64,000 nucleotides of DNA from Hemiscyllium ocellatum (lineage: Eukaryota): NCBI RefSeq assembly GCF_020745735.1, contig NC_083437.1:34782001-34846000 (forward strand), given 5' to 3'. Both the position numbers and the translations under genes were made by a program. This document shows positions 1 through 13,771 of this stretch, one piece after another (the first letter of the stretch is position 1; the number at the start of each line of letters is the position of its first letter). The notes under the pieces were generated by a model. It saw only the letters and a list, made by a program, of their open reading frames with translations, was not told where the DNA came from and did not search any database.

Positions 1-949
1 CTTGTTCAAGGACCTGCACTGGTTGCATAATCTTTTTGGAACTTGGGTGAAGCAGAAAGCTAATGGGAGTTGATGCTGTTTCAATACAGAGTTTATATGA
101 AACATCAGTATAGCAACAACATCATGCAAGGAGTTGCACTTATCCAGTTTCTCAATTTTACACCATACTGAAGTTTTTTGCAACACAAGGAGTGTAGTCA
201 CTGTTTGAATATGGGAAATTCTGTTCACAGCAAGCTCCCACACACAGCAATGTGATAATGACTGGATAAACTGATGTGAGTTGAGGGTTCCTTGTTGAGT
301 GACACAGAGGAACTGTTGGAGGACGGTCAAGTTCTTGGTTTAATGTGAAAGTGGATGGCCCACAGTTTTCGTTGGAAAAAAATAAAGTGGAGGGTTAGGA
401 GTGCCCTGTCCCCACCCCGCGGCCAGTGCTGTTAGATTCACATTTAGGGACGGGTAATCTACGCGGGGAAACACAAGGCCATTCGACCATTTTTCTAGGG
501 CAATAGGGAAAGAGCTGGGGGAATAGGATCCTCTTTCAACTACTGGTGTCCTGGTGGCTGGAAGGAACTTATCGGGCAGTTTCAGTGATGCCCACATTAG
601 ACATAACATGTTTAAATAGAGGGATCCCATTCATCCCTCAATATTGCTCAGTCATTAATGACACCAGGCCAGCCTTGAATCTATCTATCTTGGTTCTGTG
701 GCCTTTAAATCTGCTGCTGAACTAGAATTTAACATTCTCGAAAGACTGGAATTTTCAGGTGTGCCTCAACAACCTTTTGGGAGTTGCAGTTTCACATTTC
801 CGCTCTGGGAATGGAGATGTTGGTATCTTGGTGTCATCAGTGCCCCTCAGTGTGTAGCTCTTCCTCCCCTGTGTCAACTGATTGGAGCTTCAGCTACCAC
901 TCCAGAGATTAGAGAAATACATCGCTCCTGACATTATCACAATGAATGG

Positions 950-1290
950 GTGGAGGACTGCACAGTTGGAGATGCTGTCTTTTTGATGAGAGATTTAACT
1001 GAGGCCCTTCGATGAGGCATTAAATAAAGGCTCGGTCTGTCCACTCAGGTGGAAGGACCCATGACACTATAATAGGCTGACATTTATCCCTCAACCAACA
1101 TTCACTAAAGCAGATTATCTGGTCATTGTCACAGGGCTACCTTTGGGATCTTACTGATCAGGATTGGCCTACCATCTTTCCCACTTCACAACAATGACGG
1201 CATGTCAAAGAGAGAAACCTGTGACGTGCTTTTCAGACATCTGGAATTCATTCAAGATGCAATGTATATATACAAGTTTTCTTTCTTTTA
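950..1290 (+). mobile_element. Old Deu-domain SINE (SacSINE1/AmnSINE1-like). Further remnants at about 185-310(-), 3980-4190(-), 9370-9520 and 10190-10335(+), 23600-23740(-), 32120-32540(+), 45745-46110(+) and 48620-48860(-).
   Basis: Deu-like segments gctgtctttttgatgaga...tgaggccc...ctcaggtgga and atttatccctcaaccaac...agattatctggtcatt. Confidence 0.65.
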
Positions 1291-4200
1291 AATGAGAGAG
1301 GAAAAGATAGGAAGGGGCTGGTTCTTCCAGTCTGGTTGGCTTGAAGTTTTGTATTTGTGCAGTTCCCATTTGTCACGATCAATCTAATTAATTGAAAAAA
1401 AATTACTTGTAAATGATGTTTGGTCAAATTAGTCCTTCGTGTAATTATCTGGTTCTGTCTGGCTCAGCATTTCCCTTGTGGCTTTGACCAGGGCTCCAGT
1501 GAGCTCTCGGCTCATTAAAAATTGAAATTCCCTTCTGCAAGTATTTGGTGACAATTCATTATTCGGGAAAAAGATACTTTTAAATTGGGTCATCAGAGAG
1601 AAAGCAATGCAGTTATGTGACAAAACAAAAGCTGAAAGGGAGAGTGATTACTGAAGGGAGATGAAAGGGAAAACAACAATTAGGTACTTTTGAGAGTAGC
1701 ATTGACCCCTATATAACAATCAAAAACCTAACAACTTTCCAAGGTACTTAGCACTCAAAATGAAGATTAACAGGACAACAAAAGTTGCTTCTGTCAGTAT
1801 TTAATAATTTGTAGGGACAAGTTGCACTGTTGCTTTCAGTAGAGCATCGTAAAGTCGGGGTTGGAGTGTCTAGTGAAAACTTGGGATTGACCCACCCCTC
1901 CCACTGCAATGATCAAACCACCCCCCCCTCCCTTCCCCTCTCTTAATGGTCTTCTGCTCTCCTGCATCACCCTCGCCTCCTCCCAGAAAAAGGTCCCTGA
2001 GGAGGTATGGCAAGCCTCAAAACAGGATCACAGTAGGAAAAAGGTTGGGAAGTGTTGGCATACAGTGCGCAAATATAACAACAACAATTTGGATATTTAT
2101 ATGGTGCCCCTAATAAATAATAAGTCTCAAGGCATCAGAAAATAAACAATAATACTAACACGTATTAGGAGAATTTTAAAATTCATTCACAGAATACAGG
2201 CTGGTTAAGCCAGCTGAGAGGGCAGTTAAAAGTCAATCACATTGCGTTAACCTTGGAGTCACATGAAGGCAAGACCAGATGCTAAAAGACATCATTGCAC
2301 CAGGTGGGTTCTCCCCCAACAATCATTTCCTGCTCATTATCAAACTGTACATTCCAGCTTTACTTGAAATTGATTTCAAATGCCGCCATCTGCCACGGTA
2401 GAATTTGAGTCAGAGATCCCTAACCATTCCCTGGGTCTCTGGATTAGTGGTCTGGTGATAATACCACTAGGCTATCACCTCCCTTCAGTGGGACAGATGT
2501 CTAAAACGTAGTCAAAGAGATATGTTTTCAGGAGTGCCTTACAGGAGGAGAACAAAATAATGTGAGTTGGAGAAGCTTAGGCAATGCATTCCAGAGCTTT
2601 GTTCTTCCACAATAGAAGACATGGCTACCTATAGTGGAATGGTTAAAATCAGGAATTCTCAAATGCCAGGATTAGAGGAGTGCTGATACTTACTGAATTC
2701 TGGGGCTGGATCGATCACAGATGGGGAGGGCTAGAGCTTGGAAGGTTTGAGGAAATGATGGGAATTTTAAAATTGCAGTTGGGTTTTGTTGCAGCTATAG
2801 AATAGGGTGATCCTGGTAATGACGCACATATGATGCTGAAAACTCAGTTCAGGCTGAAACATAGAACTGGAGCCTGGTTCAGCCTGTGACAGTCACTGAC
2901 TGGGTCTGCAAAATGAATATCCTTTGAGTAGCCATAAATAGCCAACCCCAGTAGGGACAATGACTATTACTAAGCAATATGGGTGAAGGAATTCGTTTCA
3001 AGGAACAGAATACCCAGAAGGTGGTTGAACTCATTGTGAATGGAGTTTATCCTGCCTTGTTGATGTGTTAAATGTTCAATGAAGACTCCATGGCATCATT
3101 TAAAGGAAAACATGCAATTCTGCTTATATTCTAGCCACCACTCCTTGACATTCAATGGCATTACCGTCATTGAATTCCCCCACAATCAACATCTTGGGAG
3201 TTATCATTGATCAGAAACTCAACTGGATTCACCACATAAACATAATGGCTACAAGAGCAGGTCAGAGGCTAGGAATACTGCAGCAAGTTATTCACCTCCA
3301 GACTCCCCAACCTTCCACCATCTACGAGGCACACATTAGGAGTGTGATGGAATACTCCCCACTTGCCTGGATGAGTGTTCTTTGAGGAAATGTGTTTAAC
3401 CACACGAGTCCATTATTTGGTTTCTGTTGCTGCAATGAATACTCTTGGAGAACTGGTTAGAATGTTCTCTGTTCTTTGTACCTGTCAACATTAATTCCTC
3501 ATATTTATGGAACAAAATTCTTCAAATCAGTTTGTGAAGAGGAACTGGACAATTTTTCTTTAATTATTCATGGGATGTGGGTGCTCCTGGCTGGGCCAGC
3601 ATTCATTACCTGTCTCTAGTTGTAGTTAAATATCAACCACAACATTGCTGTGGGTCTGTAGTCACATGTAGAGTTGACAGTTTCCTTCCCTGAAGGACAT
3701 TAGTGAACCAGATGGGTTTTTCCAGACGCTTTGTTGAATTCATATTCTGCCATCTGTCATGGTGGGATTTGAACATGGGTCTGCAGGATGTTACCTGAGT
3801 CATTGGATTAATCATCCAGTGATAATATCACTAGGCCATCACCTCCCCTAAAGTTAGCAAGATGTTGAGAGAATTGCTACAAAATGAAGAGTTAAAGATG
3901 CACGTTTGGGAGTGGAAGGGATTGTGACAAAATGTGGAGCTTAAGGCCGAGAGTTCTATCGTGAGTGCACATCATAACTGAAGGCTCAGCCAACACTGAT
4001 ATATTGAAGGAGCCAAGGTTCCTACTCATCCTTGAGTAGTGCCAGTGGATCTTTCCATATGCAGTTGCACACAATTTAACATCTCAGCTGGCACCTTCGG
4101 CAGTGCAGCACTCCCATTGAAGTGTCAGGCTGGGTTTTGTGCAGCAGGATCAGGAATGTGACTTGAGCCTTTGAACCCGTGGTTTGAGATTGTCCCATAT

Positions 4201-7159
4201 GCACATTTTCCAGGTAAAGGCACAACACAGCAGTCGATGGTGATTACTGTGGTTAATTTTTTAATTGTCTGTCAAAGACATTGAGGTACATTGTTGCTTC
4301 CTGGCCCTCTGGCTGATATTAGTTAACTTGACCCAGTGCAAAGATCAATCACAAAATGTTCCTGAGGCAGTGGTCCACAAATTTCTTAGCTTTGGCATCA
4401 AGGATTCTCTCTCTTTTCTGTGTCCATTCGGGTTCATCTCTGTAATTGGGCCTTTGTTGCATATTCTCTGATGTTCATTTCTACATGTTTTGTCTTCAGT
4501 GAGGTGGAGTGCACAGGGAGACAATAGCTTAACCATTATTTATTGTTCAATATGTAAAGAAAGGAAAAAAAACCTTGCACACAAGCAAGGAGGAACTTGA
4601 TTGGGCAGTAAGTATGAATGATGTCATTGACATTTCAGCTGATAGGTTTAAATAATATATTTAGGGTCATGGTAACAGTAGAAGGTAGCTAGTGTGTAGC
4701 TGGTGTTTCAGGTATCAACTCTGGGTTACTGTACAATTCTACTATTGAAGGATCAGTAGCTTCTAGACTATGCCCATGCAACCTCAGGTAAGAAAAACAT
4801 TTCAGTTTACAAGCCTGGTACCTATCTTAACATTGTGCCTGTTTTAGATTCATGAATGTTTTGGTTTCTGTGTCTGGAACACCTGGGGGAGAAAGTGAAA
4901 CCCAATTTAACTAAGATAGTTTGATTAAAATTATCTTTACAATGAGTCATTCCATTTGAAATGCTACAAAGATAAATCAAAATTGCACTCGAGTTGCAAT
5001 GTCATTTGAATGTTTCTGTCCTTTTCTTACATCCTTCTCTTATTCTAGTGATACAGAGACTTTGTTGGTAATGTAAGGTTCATGTAGATATCAGATTTTG
5101 ATTTTTAACAGATTTAATTTCTGTACAAATATACAGAGCTTGATGAATTTTAGTTCCAGGAATATTGCAGTGAGACTTGGAAGAGGGTTGTATGTAGCAT
5201 GTTTTTCTCTGAAAATTCATACTGTGATATTCTTTTCAATGCTTGTATTTTTGGCTTTGTAGTTTTAATGTCAATAACTTTGTTGAACTGTTGTAATTGG
5301 ATTTGATTCACCACTCCATTCAACTAACCTCTGTGTGATTTCAATTGAAAAGTAATCAGGCAGTAGAATAGGGAAGTAACGATGGTTTCTTTAATGCAAT
5401 GTGTGACTTTGATTTAACCTAGGAATTCTGATGGAAAAATAAAAAGTGCTGCATTTTAGATGGACCCTATTGTTGGCCTTCTGTCCATGTAAGACTGAGA
5501 TAGAGAGGTTCTTTATTATAAAGGGTTACAGGGAGAAAGCAGGAGAATGGGGTTGAGAAACATATCAGCCATGGTTGAATAGCGGAACTGACTCAATGGT
5601 TGAATGGCCTAATTTCTGCTCCTATGTCTTATGGTCTTACGATGGATATGTGGGAATTCAAACCCATTGGGAATAGTTTCACTTCATGAGGTGAACTTTT
5701 GCTGATGGCTGAAAAGACAAATCTTGGTGTGAAGGGAACATAAAAATGTCCAAAATCTAAGTGAGTAGAAACTCATTTTTGCCTGATTCTAAGGCCTTTG
5801 GTAGGTGGCACTCTGGACGTTTGCAGGAGATGCCTTGATCAGTACATTGTTCAGTAGCACCTTTCAAAAGGGAGTTGGTCTCTTTTAAGGATGGTGGGTT
5901 AGGCTATATGTAGGCCTGGTTATCCTAAATGCAGCTGGTCTGCTGCTGGCTGCCCAGTTACAGGGAGGGGGCCCTCGATCTGGGATTTTCCCTTCTGCCT
6001 GTAAAGGCCCTCAAAAGCCACTGCGTTGGAACCACTTACCCCGAACTGGTCAGTGCTGCACTTCCAGAACAGAGTGCAAGCCTTCAACCCAACACAGCCT
6101 CTTGGCTGTCCATTGCAAACTCTGATGCATCATTAACAAATTCCTGTGACACGCTGTTTAATGTCAACAACCTGTTCCCATTTGGCAAAATTACAACTTG
6201 TGGGTTAATATCGGCAGGTGTAAAGTATTACAAAAGCCTTTTAGTTGCTAACATGGGAATGCAAAGCTGTGGCTACCTCTCAACTGGAGGCTCCATTCAC
6301 AGATGGAACTCAGAAGTGTGTGACAATTGTCTTTCTAAAGCAGGATGTGCTGTGGTCCTAAAGCCTGATAAGTGAGTAAAGCTGAGCCAGGCAGGTGAGA
6401 ACTTATTGCTTTCATTCCCCTTATTGTTGGCTGAAAGGAACCATTTTGGAATTTAACTTTTAATTTCAAATTTATTTAACTTATGTGCTTGCCCGAAAGA
6501 CAAGTTGACAGTTTTCATATTCAGATTATAGCTCCTTTCCGTTCAGAGGGAGAGGCGCTTGAAGGATGTGTTGTCATGATCTGGTCGGATAGGATGGTTG
6601 AAGCAGTTTAAACTGCAGTTTCAACATAGAATTTGATAAAGATTTAAAGAGGGGGTCAAAGTGCTGGGCTGTAGGGAAGGAGCAGAGGTGGTGAGACTAA
6701 TTGTATAGCCCTTTTCAGAGAACTGAAATGACCACCTCCTGTATGGTAATTGTGATTGAATGATTACTGGTGCATACAAGCAAGTTCTGAATGAAATAAC
6801 AGCCCAAACAATAGCTCGCTTTTTTTATCTTCTTCATCATGAGTAGTTTCACCCAGGTGTCGGGGATGAAACACTTCTTCAAATGACTATTTCTGGGACC
6901 ATGGGGTGTTTGCCACTTCGACCACGATTTGAGGGTAAGAGTTGTTTCTGATAGTTCATGGCCATCAGTCCTCCTTTGTCCTTGGTGTTATCCTTGGTCC
7001 AACTACAGATTTAGTGTTAAAGGATACACCACTGTGAAGTATCTCCAGAAGAGGCATTATTCTTAATAACAAGAACCTTAATTGCATGATAGTGATAAGT
7101 GCAAATACAATTCCTCAAACATAATTACTAAGGATCTTAGGGAACTGATGCAGATGCAT

Positions 7160-7810
7160 TTTTAAAAATTTATTCATGAGATGTGGTGTGCTGGCTGGGC
7201 CAGCATTTATTGCCCATCCCTTGCTGCTCTTGAGAAGCTGGTAGTGAACTACCTTCATGAACCTCTGCAGTCCATTTAATATAGGTAGACCCACCAATTC
7301 CTTTCGGAGGGAGTTCCAGGATTTTGACACAGCAACAGTAAAGAAATGTTGATATCTTTCCAAGTCAGAATAGTGATTAGCTTAGAGGGAACCTGGTAAC
7401 TGTAGCTGTTATCTTCTAGGTGAAAGTGGTTGTGGGTTTGGAATGTCCTGTCAGGGGAGCCAAGGTGAATTTCTGTAGTGCATGTTGTAGTTGGTACATG
7501 CTACTGATCCTGAGCATTGGTGGTGAAGGAAGTGGATGCTTGTGAGTGTGATGCCAATCAAATGGGCTGCTTCTTACTGGATGGCATTAAGTTCTGGAGT
7601 GTTTTTCTCATCCAGGCAAGTGAGGAGTGTTCCATTACATTCCTGACTTGTGCCATCGAGATAGTAGACAGGCTTTCGGGATTCAGGAGGTAAGCTACTT
7701 GCTGCAGTACTCCCAGGCTCTGACCAGTTCTTGTAGCCAGAGTATCTATATGTGGCTATTCCAATTCAGTTTCTGGTTAACGGTAGTCCCCAGGATGTTG
7801 ATAGTGGGGA
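7160..7810 (-). mobile_element. 3' end of the second LINE family; a further + strand piece at 3133-3385
   Basis: FFTVAVSKSWNSL...LQRFMKVVHYQLLK followed by a gggcaataaatgctggcc tail. The 3155 ORF (ILGVIIDQKLNW...IRSVMEYSPLAW) is RT C-terminal sequence. Confidence 0.78.
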
Positions 7811-8202
7811 ATCTGCACCATCTGAAAGATAAAGTAGAATTCCCTATCACCACCCAAACATGGTGAGTGGATGGAGTAAATGAAACATGAATATTAACTC
7901 CCTCAAAACCATTACCATCAACATCAGAAAATACCTATTAGGGTGAAGAATAAGACAGAAGTCATATCATCTCCATTTAAATCACGATCTTAAATGTAAC
8001 AAAGGAACAAAACCTATAGAATATGTCTGTATCAACAAACAGCAGGAGTAGGCCATTCAGTCCCTCGAGCATGTTCCGCCATTCAATGATATCATGCCTA
8101 ATTTTGATTGTAATCTCAAGGACAGTTCACACCTACTTCAGGCACCAAACTTTCCCCTGCCTAATAAGAATCTGCCCATCTCTGTGTTGAAAATATTCAA
8201 AG

Positions 8203-8446
8203 ATTAGATTACTTACAGTGTGGAAACAGGCCCTTCGGCCCAACAAGTCCACACCGACCCGCCGAAGCGCAACCCACCCATACCCCTACATTTACCCCTT
8301 ACCTAACACTACGGGCAATTTAGCATGGCCAATTCACCTGACCCGCACATCTTTGGACTGTGGGAGGAAACCGGAGCACCTGGAGGAAACCCACGCAAAC
8401 ACAGGGAGAACGTGCAAACTCCACACAGTCAGTCGCCTGAGTCGGG
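8203..8446 (-). mobile_element. 5'-truncated young HE1-like V-SINE inserted in a CR1 tail
   Basis: Near-identical to the 38126 copy, flanked by the direct repeat aaagatt. Confidence 0.88.
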
Positions 8447-8636
8447 AAAGATTCTACTTTCAGGAACAGACACTTGACTCCCAAATGTCTGTGAAAAATA
8501 AATGTTTCATCTCTGTCTTAAATAATTGACCCTCAGTTTTTAAACAGTGACCCCTAGTTCTAGATTCTTCCATAAGACCAAATATTCTTTCCACATTCAT
8601 GCTGTCAAAATCCCTTGGGATCTTGTATATTTCAAG

Positions 8637-8720
8637 ATTAGAGTGGTGCTGAAAAAGCACAGCAGGTCAAGCAGCATCCGAGGAGCAGGAAAATCGACGT
8701 TGGGAGCAAAAGCCTTTCAG
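8637..8720 (-). mobile_element. Degenerate short Penelope-derived fragment inside a CR1 tail
   Basis: The motif gtggtgctgaaaaagcacagcaggtcaagcagcatccgaggagcaggaaaatcgacg is shared with the 36027 and 55893 elements. Confidence 0.7.
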
Positions 8721-8794
8721 TCAAGTCACCTCCTCCCCTTCTAAATTCCAGCATATCTGAGCCCAACCCGACCAACCTTTCCTCATAAGCAAAG

Positions 8795-9105
8795 GGGAGG
8801 TGATGCCTTAATGGTATTGTTGTTAGACTATTCATCCAGAGTCCCAGGTAATGTTTTGAGGACTTGTGTTCAGATCCCACCATGGAAATTCAATAGAATG
8901 ATGACCACGACACGGCTGTTGAATATCAGGAAAGTCCTGTTCATTTACTAATGTCCTTTAGGGAAGGAAACTGCTGTCCTTTCTTGGTTTGGCCTACATG
9001 TGACTCTGGACCTACCAACAACATAGTTGACTCTTAACAGCCCTGTGGACATCAATTAACATTGGCCTAGCCAGCAATCCCACATTTTGTGAATGAATGA
9101 AGAAA
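8795..9105 (+). mobile_element. Second tRNA-headed SINE family ('SINE-B'). Other copies at about 2175-2485(-), 3555-3850(-), 10965-11670(-), 29810-30360(+), 34330-34800(+), 35170-35360(-), 42410-42740(-), 42870-43160(+), 44625-45020(+) and 57255-57460(+).
   Basis: Recurrent gggaggtgatggcctagtggta head, ggttcaaatccc B-box-like motif, ttcactaatgtccttta core and gggcaataaatgctggcc...tgaatgaataaaa tail. Confidence 0.8.
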
Positions 9106-9682
9106 ATTTTAAAACCCCATCCATTACAAGTATTAATCTGATTAACCTTTTCTGAACTGCTTCCAATGCATTTACACAGGATTACCAAAAATCAGTTTGC
9201 ACATACAATCATGTAACTGCAGCATAACCTTCCTACTTTTGATTTCAAAATGGTGCAAAGGGGAGTGAAAGGGGAAACGCAGGTTTAATTCACTCTCTCT
9301 TTAAATCAACAACCTTATTCAAAATGTTTTTTCTTGGTTATAAGCGATGTTGACAAGACTATATCTGTGCCCAGTTGCTCCCTCAGGTGGATATAAATGA
9401 TCCCATGATAATAATTTGAAGAAGTATAGGTGAGTTCCATCAAGTGTTCGAACAAGTACTTAGCCCTCAATCAGTATCACTAAAAGCAGATTGTTCGATG
9501 AATTAACCCATTGCTGTTTACAAATAGTCATTTGATAGGACAGCACTTGATTATTGCTGAAAAAAGATTCATTTTGTTGAAGTGTTTCATCTGGCACACA
9601 TCAGGACAATTCACAATATCAATAAGGGGAGCAACCAAATTTATACTGTGTGTGAGGAGAGTTCAGCACGTGGTCTCTGACT

Positions 9683-9902
9683 CATAGAATCCCTACAGTG
9701 TAGAAACAGGCCCTTCAGCCCAACAAGTACACACCAACCCTCTGAAGCATAAGCCATCCAGACCCATTCCCCTACATTTATTCCTGACTAATGCACCTAA
9801 CCTACACATCCCTGAACACTGTGGGCAATTTCCCATTGCCAGTTCACCTAACCTGTACATCTTTGGATTGTGGGAAGAAACCGGAGCACCTGGAGGAAAC
9901 CC
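9683..9902 (-). mobile_element. HE1-like V-SINE fragment
   Basis: catagaatccctacagtgtagaaacaggcccttc tail and partial V-domain. Confidence 0.8.
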
Positions 9903-11173
9903 ATTTGTAAAAGTGTTGCCATGGAGAATGCACCAGTTCAATGAAGACTAATGGTTAACTGCCAATCCATGTTCATTTTTAAATTAGGCAGGTTGGCTTT
10001 GATTGGACAAGGCATTGCCCTGAGAAATGAACCAGAGTGTCTGGTCACCTTTTGTTTTAGTTGAAACAGGTGTACTGTGTGCACATGTTCTTTCTGTCTG
10101 TAAAGGATAGGGCCACACAATTTAAAATATGAAGCTTTCTGTATGTACATTCTGCTTTATGGTTATGACTGAGATACTCAGTAATACTCTTTACTGTTTG
10201 TAGGAACTTGCTGTGTGCAGATTGACAACTGCATTTCCTACAACAGCAACTGCATTTGAAAACTACATTGCTTGCTGTAAAGCTCTTTGGGATGTCCCAA
10301 AGTGGTGAAATATGCTGTATAAATATAAATCTTTCTGCTTAACTGCTTTAATGTATTGCCAAAGAGTAGGCTAGGCTATTGTGGAAGCTGCAGCTGTGTT
10401 TGTTTTAATAGACAAACACTCGCTCATTGTTTTAACTCTTTGAATACTGCTTCTTCTGAGCAGTGCATACAACCGATTATTTCACCAGCAGACACCTGCA
10501 GATGTAAGCCAAGAAACTGTGTTGTACATTTGGATAAAGGGAATTGCACACTGTTTCCGAATCCATCTCAGCAGCCCTCAAGCTTCTTTCGCCATTTCAG
10601 TTTTCTCTCCTTTTTTTTTGCTTTTAAAACTGCTGAATCATGCTCTGGCTCGTTTTTATGATAATGATTGATTGAAGTATGGGAGCACTTAGAACCAAGC
10701 TGAATCCTTGCCCCGTCTTATGTCAAGATATTTGCATGGTTGGGCAGAAGTTAATAGTAAAGGTCCAGTTTGTTCAGACACCTAAAGAAGGTTGTCACAA
10801 GTTTAGTAGGGGAACCAGTTTGGTTGGTTGCTGTTAAATTGGTGTGTTTTGGGCCTAGTCCATGCTCAGAAATGAGTGCATCACATACTGTAAGTCATTA
10901 CAAACACAGGAAGTCACATCCTCTGAGTTGACCACGTGTGCTCCCAGTGATATTGCCTCTAAATGTCTTTATTCATTCACTTGGTATCACTGGTTGAGCC
11001 AGCATTTACTGCCTGCCCCTAAGTCATTCCAAGGATGTGGGATTCCTGGCTAGACCAGCATTCATTCCTCATCCCATAATTGTCCAGAGGGCAATTGAGC
11101 ATCAATCACATTTCTGTGGTCCCAGAGTCACATGTAGACCAGATCACGTCAAGATGGCAGTTTCATTTCTTAA

Positions 11174-11466
11174 ATCATAGAATCCCTACAGTGTGAAAGC
11201 AGGCCATTCACTCATCGAGTCCACACTGACCCTTCAAAGAGCACCTTCCAGGCCCAGCCCATTCCTGTACCTCTGGATTTTCCATGATTAATCCACCAAA
11301 CCTACACATCCCTGGACACCAATCCACCTAACCCGCAATTCTTTGGACTGTGGGAGGAAACCCATGCAGACAATGTGCAAACTCCACACAATCGCCAGAG
11401 GCTGGAATTGAACTCAGATCCCTGGTGCTCAGAGGCAGCAGTGCTAACCACTGAGCCATCATGTCC
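11174..11466 (-). mobile_element. HE1-like V-SINE nested in a second SINE family
   Basis: Tail, partial V-domain and tRNA head. It interrupts the SINE-B copy at about 10965-11670. Confidence 0.8.
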
Positions 11467-12024
11467 CTACTAAGGAACACTAGTGAACCACATGGATTTT
11501 CCCTGACAATCACAATAGTTTCATGATAATCATTAGCTTCTTAATTCCAGGTTTTAATTGGATTCACATTCCACCAGCTGCCATGGCAGGATTAAAATCC
11601 ACGTCCCCAGAACATTACCTAGGTCTCTGGATTAATAGTCGAGCAGTATTACCACCAGGGCATTACCTTCAGTGAAATTGTAATGATATGGTCTGCCAGT
11701 TAACCCCAAAAGGCCCTCACCGCAGTGCGGTAAAATGTATTTTTCAAGATATTTTTCAATCATCGAATTGCTGGGTGCAGTTTGGTTTCCATGTTTCTTC
11801 CAAGACTTTCAGATTATTTCATCAACCAGACAGGATTTATCATCCTTTGCGAAAGCTGGAACTCCTGACAGTGTTGCAGTTTAGTCATGGTCTGCCTTCA
11901 TGGCCACTATCACAATTGTAGCTGAGCTTTAACTGCTTCCCCAATCGTACGATAAAGTACAAAGGATAAAGAGAATTTGGAAAGACATGTGAAAAGAGCT
12001 TTTGAAAGAGCTCGGTGACAAAAG

Positions 12025-12555
12025 ACCATAAAACCACAAGATACAGGATCAGAATTAGGCTATTCAGCCTATCAGGTCTGCTTCACCATTTGATCATGAT
12101 TGATATGTATCTCAACTCTATTCCCCTGTATTCTCCTGTAACCCTTGATCCCCATACTAATCAAGAACTCCTCTGTCTCTGTCCTAAATACACTTAATGT
12201 CTTGGTCTCCATAGCCCTACGCAGCAACAAGTTCCACAGATTCACCACCCTCTCGCTGAAGAAATTCCTCCTCATCTCAGTTCCAAAAGGTTGTCCCTTC
12301 ATTCTGAGGCTGTGCCTTCGGGTCCTAGTCTCTCCCACTGGTTGAAACATCTTCTCCATGTCCACTCTATCCAGGCCCCTCAGTATTTTGTATGTTCCAA
12401 CCAGATTCCCCTCATCATTCTGAACTCCATCGAGTACAGACCCAGCGTCCTTAACTTTTCCTCATATGACAAACCCATCTTCCCTGGGATAATTGTTGTA
12501 AACTTCCTTTGGACCATCTCCAAAGCCAGCACATCCTTCCTTAGATACAGGACCC
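12025..12555 (-). mobile_element. CR1-like LINE 3' fragment. Similar short tails at about 5510-5640, 8040-8790, 13300-13545, 15240-15540, 25995-26340, 30405-30680, 45400-45690, 48295-48600 and 49435-49780.
   Basis: Minus-strand ORFs RKDVLALEMVQRKFT...LSYEEKLRTLGLYS and RRNFFSERVVNLWNLL. Confidence 0.85.
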
Positions 12556-13636
12556 AAAGCATTAAGAGTATGACAATAATTCTGTTTCTGCAAATACTGA
12601 CAGAAGGAAATTGGCATCGTAAAGAGAGTAGTTTAAATTTTTGTAGTTTAGGAAATGAGATACTTTCCGTAATAAAGAACATGAATAGGCCATTCAGCCC
12701 ATCAGCATGTTCTGTCCTTCAATTTAATTGTTGTACTGATTCCATTGATCTAGCTCCATAATCCCTCAAGACCCATGCAACTACCAATCTCAGCCTCAAA
12801 AGCTCCAATTGTTCCTCAGAGCTCTAACCTTTTAATGGGAGAAAATTCCAGAAATTCATGACTTTTATATGGAGAAATCACTTCCTGATTTTCTTTTTAA
12901 ATGGGGTGGTTATAATTTTAAGATTATATCCCTCACATTTGATTCCCTCAATAGAGCGAAATAGCTTATCTGTATTAATATTTTAAACTTTTCAAACAAT
13001 TCACCCATTAAAAAGTCAAGGAATACAACTAAGTTCACGCAGCATAGGCATTGAATATTATGCAAAGATTGAAGAGGGTGCAGAGGAGATTCATACAGAA
13101 AAACCTTGAAAAATGACCTCTCAAAAAATTTCCACCAGTGGGGGGATGTCAGTCTAGGTGCTGTAGTTACAGAATAGCGGGACCCTAATTTAAAACTGAG
13201 ATGCAAAGGAATTTTTTAGGAATTTAGTTTGGAATGACAACATGTTCAGCACAGACATGGTATGCTGAGGGGCCCATTCCAGTGCTGTACTGTTTTATGT
13301 TCTTCTCCCAGAGGGTAGTGATGTACTGGAATTCATGCCTCCAGAAAATTGTGGAGGCTAGATCAATGAAAATATTTAAAGAGGAGGTAAATAGGTTTCT
13401 AAAATATCAGGGCGTTGATGCTTACGATGAGCTGGCATGATAAAGGAATTAAGGTTTAGGATAGTTCAGCCATGGTTTTGTTGAATAGCAGGGCAGCCTT
13501 GCGGGACTGAATGGCCCACTCCTGTTCCTATTTCTTATGTTCTTATACCTGCAATGTGTGACTATACTTATCAGGAAAGGACTGATAAGATGGCTGTCTT
13601 TTCTTTCATGAAGGAAGGCTCAGGAGTACTTGAATC

Positions 13637-13771
13637 TCTATTCCTGATAAAGGGCTTTTGCCCGAAACGTCGATTTTCCTGCTGCTTGGATGCTGCCTGA
13701 CCTGCTGTGCTTTTCTAGCACCACTCTAATCTAGACTCTGATTTACAGCATCTGCAGTCCTTGTTTTTACC
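13637..13771 (+). mobile_element. Short Penelope-derived element with a mutated hammerhead core (CTGATAA)
   Basis: CTGATAA-A-GGGCTTTTGCCC-GAAA-CGTC at 13644-13671. 12-bp TSD agtacttgaatc at 13625 and 13772. Confidence 0.8.

Noticed and set aside
1909-2145. ORF with KPPPPPFP and LDIYMV, resembling the espin PR1/xAB exon (ADIYMQTKNKLRHVE)
   Set aside because: The DIYM match comes from the aacaacaa..t.atttatat repeat tail also seen at 62321. There is no KLRHV motif, no convincing splice sites, and a stop follows soon after.
8218-8529. Recurrent 'MWKQALRPNKSTPT' ORFs (also at 19276, 23925 and 38165)
   Set aside because: Antisense translations of HE1-like SINE copies.
9575-9610. Further hammerhead-like remnants (minus ctgatgtgtgccagatgaaacac; also about 36365-36395, 21590-21620 and 62680)
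   Set aside because: The cores are too degenerate to call ribozymes; probably old Penelope-derived debris.
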